A stretch of 13,986 bases of DNA from a virus (taxonomy: Duplodnaviria; Heunggongvirae; Uroviricota; Caudoviricetes): IMG/VR virus record IMGVR_UViG_2609459823_000005; one strand, given 5' to 3'. The notes under the pieces are model-generated. The model saw only the letters and a program-made list of their open reading frames with translations. It was not told where the DNA came from and did not search any database. Made by a program: the position numbers and the translations under genes. Of the stretch, positions 8,344 to 13,986 are shown piece after piece. Positions within the stretch are counted from its first letter, which is position 1. Each line of letters begins with the position of its first letter.

Positions 8344-9564
8344 ATGGATATTAAAATTTATTCGTCTTTTTATAAAAAATACTTCATTTATAAAAGCGAC
8401 ATTGTAGAACCTGTTTTTGTTGGTGCGGCCGAAAAGAATAATGATTTAGGCATCATTGGTGATGATACTGGCGATAATATTAGCGATAAAAACGGCACGT
8501 TCAATGAATTAACTTTAATTTATTGGGTCTGGAAAAATACTACAAATCAAGATTATGTAGGCTTCTGTCATTATAGAAGATATTTTATAAATAGAAGCAT
8601 CAGTAAATTTGAAAAAGCATTGCATCTTCTGATTCCACGCGATAAAGAGCGTAGAGAGCGTAAATTATTACGTTTGTTACAGCAGTTTGATAAAAATTGT
8701 GAATCCGAATTGAAAGGATTTGATATAGCGTTACCTAAGCCTATTGTTATGAATCGTACTTTGCGTGAACAATATGCTGATTATCATGATGGCGCGCATT
8801 ATGAGGAAATGGGTAAGGTTATTCGAGAATTACGTCCTGACATGTGGCCTGCTTACGAAGATGCGTCAAATCGAAATACTTTCTTCATCGCTAATATGTT
8901 CATTTTTAGCCGCAAGTATTTTGATCAATTTTGCGAGTTTGCCTTTCCGGTTCTTTTTGAACTAGAGAAAAGGTTAGAAGTGCCGGATGATATGTATCAA
9001 AAACGTATTTTTGGATACTTAGGTGAGCGGTTGGTAACAATCTTTGTAAATTATTTATATCAACAAAAGAATGTTAAATTCAAATATTTTGATCTATTAA
9101 ATACTGATGTTATTTTTTCAAATTACAAATCGTATCTAACCGAAAAAAAATTAATAAGCAGTAAAAATAAAAACTACGTCACTTTTGGTGCTGTTGATAA
9201 TCTAATCAAAATGTCAAACAATTTTTACTGCATGAATGGTTGGGTTATAATTAAAGATCGCGAATCCTATAATGTTACGGTTCAAATTGAGTTATATAGT
9301 GATGAAAACACTATTATGCTTAATAGCGAAAGACAGGATCGGCCTGATGTAACCCGGCACTTTATCAATGTTCATGATGGGTACGTTAATTACGATAATT
9401 GCGGCTATTACACTAGTTTTAAATGTGATGAGATTAAAAGTGGTGAATATAAAATTAAGTTTCATGCATTTGATAAAATAGAGAAAACAACTTCAATTTT
9501 TTATGTTTATGACTGTTTTTTAAAGAAACATAAAAATGAAGTTGAGCTTGTGAGGTTACCATGA
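8344..9564 (+). CDS. DUF4422-type putative glycosyltransferase (WbbI/WbbM-N-like, candidate galactofuranosyltransferase) with a C-terminal extension
   Basis: The motifs ELTLIYWVWKN, VGFCHYRRYF and GYLGERLVTIF match my recollection of the DUF4422 family, which includes known Galf-transferases; this is not verified by a profile search. The C-terminal ~110 aa (NGWVI ... IKSGEYKI) resemble the C-terminus of the preceding protein. RBS GAGGA at 8335-8339; the stop overlaps the glf start (ATGA). Confidence 0.6.
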   Translation: MDIKIYSSFYKKYFIYKSDIVEPVFVGAAEKNNDLGIIGDDTGDNISDKNGTFNELTLIYWVWKNTTNQDYVGFCHYRRYFINRSISKFEKALHLLIPRDKERRERKLLRLLQQFDKNCESELKGFDIALPKPIVMNRTLREQYADYHDGAHYEEMGKVIRELRPDMWPAYEDASNRNTFFIANMFIFSRKYFDQFCEFAFPVLFELEKRLEVPDDMYQKRIFGYLGERLVTIFVNYLYQQKNVKFKYFDLLNTDVIFSNYKSYLTEKKLISSKNKNYVTFGAVDNLIKMSNNFYCMNGWVIIKDRESYNVTVQIELYSDENTIMLNSERQDRPDVTRHFINVHDGYVNYDNCGYYTSFKCDEIKSGEYKIKFHAFDKIEKTTSIFYVYDCFLKKHKNEVELVRLP

Positions 9565-10730
9565 TTAGTTATGATTACATTATTGTAGGCTGCGGTCTTT
9601 CTGGTATTGTTCTGGCAAATAATATTGCTGAGAAATTAAATAAAAAAGTGCTTATTATTGAGAAGCGCGATCATATCGGAGGAAACTGTTACGATTACTA
9701 TGATGAACATGGTGTCCTTGTACATAAATATGGTCCGCATATTTTCCATACAAATTATAAAGATGTCTATGACTACCTTGATCAATTCACTGAATGGTAT
9801 GTTTATCAGTTCCAGGCACGAACACTGATTGATGGTAAAAAAACATTTTTGCCCTTCAACCTGAACACGATGAAGGATATTCTTGACGAGCATTTATATG
9901 ACAAGATATCTAAAAAACTCATCGAAGTTTATGGTTATGATAAAACCGTACCTATTTTCGAGTTAAAAAAATCAGAGGATGAAACCATCCAATGGTTGGT
10001 TGACTATATTTACGATAAAGTCTATGTGAACTATATCGCTAAACAATGGGACATGAAACCCGAAGACCTCGACAAGAGTGTGCTTGAACGTGTTCCCGTA
10101 TATATTTCTCGCGATAATCGATATTTCAAAGACAAATATCAAGTTATGCCACGAGACGGTTATACGGTTATGTTCAACCGGATGTTGGCAAACAAAAACA
10201 TACATGTTCTGTTGAATGCTAATGCAGACGATTTTGTCACGCTGACCGATAAGCATGAAGTTCACTTCATGGGCAAGCCATTTGAAGGCAAGTTGATTTA
10301 CACCGGTCAGATTGATCATCTTTTCAATTATAAATTTGGCGAGTTACCTTATCGTTCCTTGCGCTTTGATTTTGTTAATTACAAAAAAGAGTTCTTCCAG
10401 GAAGTGGCTATGGTTAGCTACCCAAATAATTATGATTTCACTCGTATTACGGAAAGTAAGCATTTGACCGGGCAGGATTGCAAAACGACCACTGTTGTTT
10501 ATGAATATCCCCAGAATTATGATCGTAATGATCCTATCAAAGATGTACCTTATTATCCTGTGCCAAGAGCCGATAACCATGAACTTTATGCAAAATATTC
10601 AGAGCTTGCTGGTAAGTATAAATCTTTGATACTGGTTGGTCGTTTAGCTCAATACAAGTACTACAACATGGATCAGATGATCAAAGTTGCCCTTGATACA
10701 TTTAAAGAAATTCAAGCTGGAGAAAAGTAA
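9561..10730 (+). CDS. glf: UDP-galactopyranose mutase family flavoprotein (NDP-hexopyranose mutase)
   Basis: The N-terminal FAD-binding YDYIIVGCGLSGIVLAN ... KKVLIIEKRDHIGGNCY and HKYGPHIFHTN closely parallel E. coli K-12 Glf as recalled, with conserved blocks throughout the 389 aa. A dTDP-fucopyranose mutase (Fcf2-like) cannot be excluded from sequence alone. Confidence 0.85.
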   Translation: MISYDYIIVGCGLSGIVLANNIAEKLNKKVLIIEKRDHIGGNCYDYYDEHGVLVHKYGPHIFHTNYKDVYDYLDQFTEWYVYQFQARTLIDGKKTFLPFNLNTMKDILDEHLYDKISKKLIEVYGYDKTVPIFELKKSEDETIQWLVDYIYDKVYVNYIAKQWDMKPEDLDKSVLERVPVYISRDNRYFKDKYQVMPRDGYTVMFNRMLANKNIHVLLNANADDFVTLTDKHEVHFMGKPFEGKLIYTGQIDHLFNYKFGELPYRSLRFDFVNYKKEFFQEVAMVSYPNNYDFTRITESKHLTGQDCKTTTVVYEYPQNYDRNDPIKDVPYYPVPRADNHELYAKYSELAGKYKSLILVGRLAQYKYYNMDQMIKVALDTFKEIQAGEK

Positions 10731-11662
10731 TGAAGACTATTTTAATTGTTGGTGGTTCTGGCTTCATGGGTGCGAATTTTACTGAATACTTTGTTGCGAA
10801 AGGCTACAAGGTTATTAGCTTCAGTAATTCACCAACCCGTATCCAGCATGAAAATGTGGTAAATGTTTGCGGTGATAGCCGTGATGCCGAAGCTATTAAT
10901 GAAATTTTTGTTAATCACAAAATTGATTTGGTTGTTTTTACGTTGACGAGTTTTTGGGTGGTTGATGGGGTGAGCTCCTATCAAGATTTGACCGCCATTA
11001 ACCTGACTGCGTTTATCGATGTACTGAATATCATGAAGCGTCACAATGTTAATGAAGTGATTTACATCTCTTCTGGTGGCTCTATCTATGGAGAGTCCGA
11101 TAAGCCGATTCCGGAAGATTCACCGCTCTGCCCGGTCAGTTTTTATGGCTGGATCAAAGAAGCGGCAGAAAGCTATCTTAAATATGAAGCCCGTATTAAT
11201 CCCCATTTGCGCTATCTTGTATTTCGTCCTTCCAATGTTTACGGAAAATATCAGCAGCTCAACCGCATCATTGGTGTAGCGCTTAAAAATACACATTTGG
11301 ACATCCCAATGAATATTTATGGTGGTGCGGATACGAAGAAAGACTATATTTATATCGATGATTTCTGTGAGATCATCTTTAATATCTTGAATAAAAATGT
11401 CTGGAACGAAACGTACAATATTGGTTCTGGTGTCGGAACCAGCATTCGAGAAATTCTGGATCTTGCTCAGGAAGTTGTGAATAAGCCACTTGCTGTTGAG
11501 TATGGAAAACAGAAAGAGGGTGATATCAGTTATAGCGTATTAGATGTTGAGAAAGTTAAGGCTGTAACTGGTAAGCAAAGCTTCACCAACGTCAAAGACG
11601 GCATGCGTAAAATGTATCCGTACGTTGTCGAAGAACTGGCACGTCTGGCAGCGAAGGCCTAA
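10730..11662 (+). CDS. NAD(P)-dependent epimerase/dehydratase (extended SDR) family protein; candidate nucleotide-sugar 4-reductase or 4-epimerase
   Basis: Rossmann motif IVGGSGFMGANF at the N-terminus and catalytic YGWIK (YxxxK) preceded by ISSGGS. Length is 310 aa and the start overlaps the glf stop (TAATG). Precise activity is not assignable by eye. Confidence 0.7.
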   Translation: MKTILIVGGSGFMGANFTEYFVAKGYKVISFSNSPTRIQHENVVNVCGDSRDAEAINEIFVNHKIDLVVFTLTSFWVVDGVSSYQDLTAINLTAFIDVLNIMKRHNVNEVIYISSGGSIYGESDKPIPEDSPLCPVSFYGWIKEAAESYLKYEARINPHLRYLVFRPSNVYGKYQQLNRIIGVALKNTHLDIPMNIYGGADTKKDYIYIDDFCEIIFNILNKNVWNETYNIGSGVGTSIREILDLAQEVVNKPLAVEYGKQKEGDISYSVLDVEKVKAVTGKQSFTNVKDGMRKMYPYVVEELARLAAKA

Positions 11663-11862
11663 TAGCTTATCCTGCTTCTTGAGCAAGAGATGATTGTAAT
11701 GGTTTTGTTAACACTTTTTTGCTCAATAGTGGGCTAGTCCTTTAAAACTTTTTTAGGTTAACATGTTAGTCACGTATCCCGACGGCGAATGCGGCGTCGG
11801 GAATCCACACCTGACAGGAGTTTTGCATGCCTAAGCAACAAATCGGCGTTGTTGCTTAGGCC

Positions 11863-13233
11863 GTGATGGGGCGCAACCTGGCGCTTAACATCGAAAGCCG
11901 TGGCTATACCGTTTCCGTTTTCAACCGCTCCCGCGATAAGACCGAAGAAGTGATTGCCGAGAACCCCGGCAAGAAGCTGGTTCCGTATTATACCGTGAAA
12001 GAGTTTGTTGAATCCTTAGAAACTCCCCGTCGCATCCTGTTAATGGTGAAAGCGGGCGCTGGCACAGATGCTGCTATTGACTCCCTGAAACCCTATCTGG
12101 AAAAAGGCGACATCATTATTGATGGCGGTAACACCTTCTTCCAGGACACCATTCGTCGTAACCGCGAACTGTCTGCTGAGGGCTTTAACTTTATCGGTAC
12201 CGGTGTGTCCGGTGGTGAAGAGGGCGCACTGAAAGGCCCATCCATCATGCCTGGCGGTCAGAAGGATGCCTATGAACTGGTCGCACCGATCCTGACCAAA
12301 ATTGCAGCCGTTGCCGAAGATGGCGAGCCCTGTGTGACCTATATCGGTGCTGACGGTGCGGGCCATTACGTTAAAATGGTTCACAACGGTATCGAATATG
12401 GCGACATGCAGTTGATTTCAGAAGCCTACTCTCTGCTGAAAGGCGGTCTTAACCTGTCTAACGAAGAGCTGGCCACCACTTTTAGCGAGTGGAATAAAGG
12501 CGAGCTGAGCAGCTACCTGATCGACATTACCAAGGACATCTTCACTAAAAAAGATGAAGAGGGTAACTATCTGGTCGATGTGATTCTCGATGAAGCGGCC
12601 AACAAAGGTACGGGTAAATGGACCAGCCAAAGCTCGCTGGATCTCGGCGAACCGCTCTCCCTGATCACCGAATCCGTATTCGCACGCTATATCTCGTCGC
12701 TGAAAGAGCAGCGCGTTGCCGCATCTAAAGTTCTGAGCGGTCCGCAGGCCCAGCCTGCTGGCGATAAAGTGCAGTTTATCGAGAAAGTCCGTCGCGCATT
12801 GTATCTCGGTAAAATCGTCTCTTATGCCCAGGGTTTCTCTCAGTTGCGTGCTGCGTCTGACGAATACAACTGGGATCTGAACTATGGCGAAATCGCGAAA
12901 ATTTTCCGCGCTGGCTGCATCATTCGTGCACAGTTCCTGCAGAAAATTACCGATGCATACGCTGAAACACCGGCAATTGCTAACCTGCTGTTGGCACCTT
13001 ACTTTAAGAAAATTGCCGATGAGTATCAGCAGGCTTTGCGTGATGTTGTAGCCTATGCCGTACAAAATGGTATTCCGGTACCGACTTTTGCCGCTGCGGT
13101 TGCCTATTACGATAGCTACCGTGCTGCGGTACTGCCGGCAAACCTGATTCAGGCTCAGCGTGATTACTTTGGCGCACATACTTATAAACGTACTGATAAA
13201 GAAGGTGTATTCCATACGGAATGGCTGGATTAA
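11863..13233 (+). CDS. gnd: 6-phosphogluconate dehydrogenase (decarboxylating), N-terminal region disrupted
   Basis: The 456-aa ORF matches E. coli Gnd over essentially its whole length ([17 protein letters not shown] ... GVFHTEWLD). The conventional start is ATG 11827, preceded by RBS AGGAG (11816-11820), and would encode MPKQQIGVVA before an in-frame TAG at 11857-11859. The intact ORF therefore restarts only at GTG 11863 / ATG 11866 and lacks the first strand of the NADP-binding fold. Confidence 0.8.
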   Translation: MMGRNLALNIESRGYTVSVFNRSRDKTEEVIAENPGKKLVPYYTVKEFVESLETPRRILLMVKAGAGTDAAIDSLKPYLEKGDIIIDGGNTFFQDTIRRNRELSAEGFNFIGTGVSGGEEGALKGPSIMPGGQKDAYELVAPILTKIAAVAEDGEPCVTYIGADGAGHYVKMVHNGIEYGDMQLISEAYSLLKGGLNLSNEELATTFSEWNKGELSSYLIDITKDIFTKKDEEGNYLVDVILDEAANKGTGKWTSQSSLDLGEPLSLITESVFARYISSLKEQRVAASKVLSGPQAQPAGDKVQFIEKVRRALYLGKIVSYAQGFSQLRAASDEYNWDLNYGEIAKIFRAGCIIRAQFLQKITDAYAETPAIANLLLAPYFKKIADEYQQALRDVVAYAVQNGIPVPTFAAAVAYYDSYRAAVLPANLIQAQRDYFGAHTYKRTDKEGVFHTEWLD

Positions 13234-13264
13234 TCTGATATTGTACGTTTTGTCGAATAAATAT

Positions 13265-13288
13265 CCTCCGGCATAGCCGGAGGTTTTT
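13265..13288 (+). terminator. Rho-independent terminator downstream of gnd
   Basis: An 8-bp GC-rich stem cctccggc (13265-13272) / gccggagg (13276-13283) with loop ata is followed by TTTTT at 13284-13288, about 30 bp after the gnd stop. Confidence 0.7.
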
Positions 13289-13364
13289 CAAATGCGCCTA
13301 TAAGGCTCTCTTACCAGCCGCGCCCTAACAGGCGCACACGATCTGACATTTGCATCCAACTTCG

Positions 13365-13745
13365 TTACTTACGGCCCGTAAACGGGCTGCCCGGATAGGG
13401 AATCGATAACTGCTCTCCCATTTTATCCTCTTCAAGCTGGTGCTTTATGTAATCCTGTATCTTCGCCGTGTTCTTACCCATCGTATCGACGTAATACCCT
13501 CTGCACCAGAACTCCCTGTTCCTGTATTTGAATTTCAAATCACCAAACTGCTCGTAAAGCATCAGACTGCTTTTCCCTTTCAGATATCCCATAAAGCCTG
13601 ATACGCTCATTTTGGGCGGGATCTCCACAAGCATATGGATATGATCTGCACAGCATTCAGCTTCCAGAATCCGTACACTTTTCCACTCACACAGCTTTCT
13701 CAAAATACTGCCTGTTGCTCTACGCTTCTCTCTGTAGAACACCTG
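13365..13745 (-). pseudogene. tnpA: IS200/IS605-family (IS200-like) transposase tnpA, 5'-truncated by IS1 insertion
   Basis: The minus-strand ORF encodes FYREKRRATGSILRKLCEWKSVRILEAECCADHIHMLVEIPPK ... YPGSPFTGRK, which matches IS200 TnpA as recalled, including the HuH motif (HIHML). About 27 N-terminal codons are missing; the match stops at 13745, where IS1 sequence begins. Confidence 0.85.
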
Positions 13746-13986
13746 GGTAATGACTCCAACTTATTGATAGTGTTTTATGTTCAGATAATGCCCGATGACT
13801 TTGTCATGCAGCTCCACCGATTTTGAGAACGACAGCGACTTCCGTCCCAGCCGTGCCAGGTGCTGCCTCAGATTCAGGTTATGCCGCTCAATTCGCTGCG
13901 TATATCGCTTGCTGATTACGTGCAGCTTTCCCTTCAGGCGGGATTCATACAGCGGCCAGCCATCCGTCATCCATATCACCACGTCA
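13746..13986 (-). mobile_element. IS1 insertion sequence, terminal ~240 bp (one end at 13746; the rest lies beyond the window)
   Basis: From 13746 the sequence reads GGTAATGACTCCAACTTATTGATAGTGTTTTATGTTCAGATAATGCCCGATGAC..., the canonical IS1 terminal sequence as recalled, and it contains the 3' end of insB on the minus strand. Confidence 0.9.
13761..13986 (-). CDS. insB: IS1 transposase InsB, C-terminal part (partial; the 5' end is beyond the window)
   Basis: The minus-strand translation [72 protein letters not shown] matches the IS1 InsB C-terminus as recalled. The ORF is open to the window end. Confidence 0.85.
   Translation of the reverse strand, partial: DVVIWMTDGWPLYESRLKGKLHVISKRYTQRIERHNLNLRQHLARLGRKSLSFSKSVELHDKVIGHYLNIKHYQ

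Noticed and set aside
12418-13215. 265-aa minus-strand ORF antisense to gnd, plus other antisense or internal ORFs (1292-1582, 1482-1724, 2555-2980, 2589-2792, 3206-3634, 3949-4143, 4781-4990, 5532-5756, 8765-8965, 9636-9893, 9972-10319, 10344-10580, 10829-11044, 11076-11279, 12040-12384, 13004-13291, 13635-13826)
   Set aside because: These are shadow ORFs embedded in well-supported + strand genes or IS sequence, with no conserved motifs, and are accounted for by the opposite-strand or overlapping coding sequence.
13265-13288. Possibility that the hairpin after gnd is the end of the IS200-like element rather than the gnd terminator
   Set aside because: It cannot be resolved by eye. The hairpin has a classic terminator architecture directly after the gnd stop, so it is called the gnd terminator, and the exact IS200 end (somewhere in 13270-13364) is left open.
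1-13986. CRISPR arrays, tRNA/rRNA genes, toxin-antitoxin or phage-defence operons
   Set aside because: No direct-repeat/spacer periodicity or tRNA-like structures were seen, and every substantial ORF is accounted for by polysaccharide biosynthesis, gnd or IS functions.

Overview
This window is an enterobacterial (E. coli-like) O-antigen / O-polysaccharide biosynthesis locus of the ABC-transporter-dependent type, running from the JUMPStart/ops element (1065-1103) to gnd (ends 13233), all on the + strand. Gene order: rmlB, rmlA, rmlC-like epimerase, wzm, wzt, a WbbL-like rhamnosyltransferase, two GT8 glycosyltransferases, a DUF4422-type putative galactofuranosyltransferase, glf and an SDR-family reductase/epimerase. 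It is bracketed by insertion sequences: the 3' part of an IS3-family element upstream (1-~780) and, downstream of gnd, an IS200-like tnpA remnant truncated by an IS1 insertion (IS1 from 13746 to the window end). I see no CRISPR array, tRNA/rRNA or recognisable defence/toxin system. The points most worth follow-up are the unusual gene content (no rmlD, short Wzt with no carbohydrate-binding domain, and a homologous ~95-aa C-terminal domain on two adjacent glycosyltransferases), an in-frame TAG at codon 11 of gnd inside a perfect 13-bp inverted repeat, and an intrinsic-terminator hairpin inside the operon. All protein-family calls come from motif reading and recalled homologues; no database search was run.
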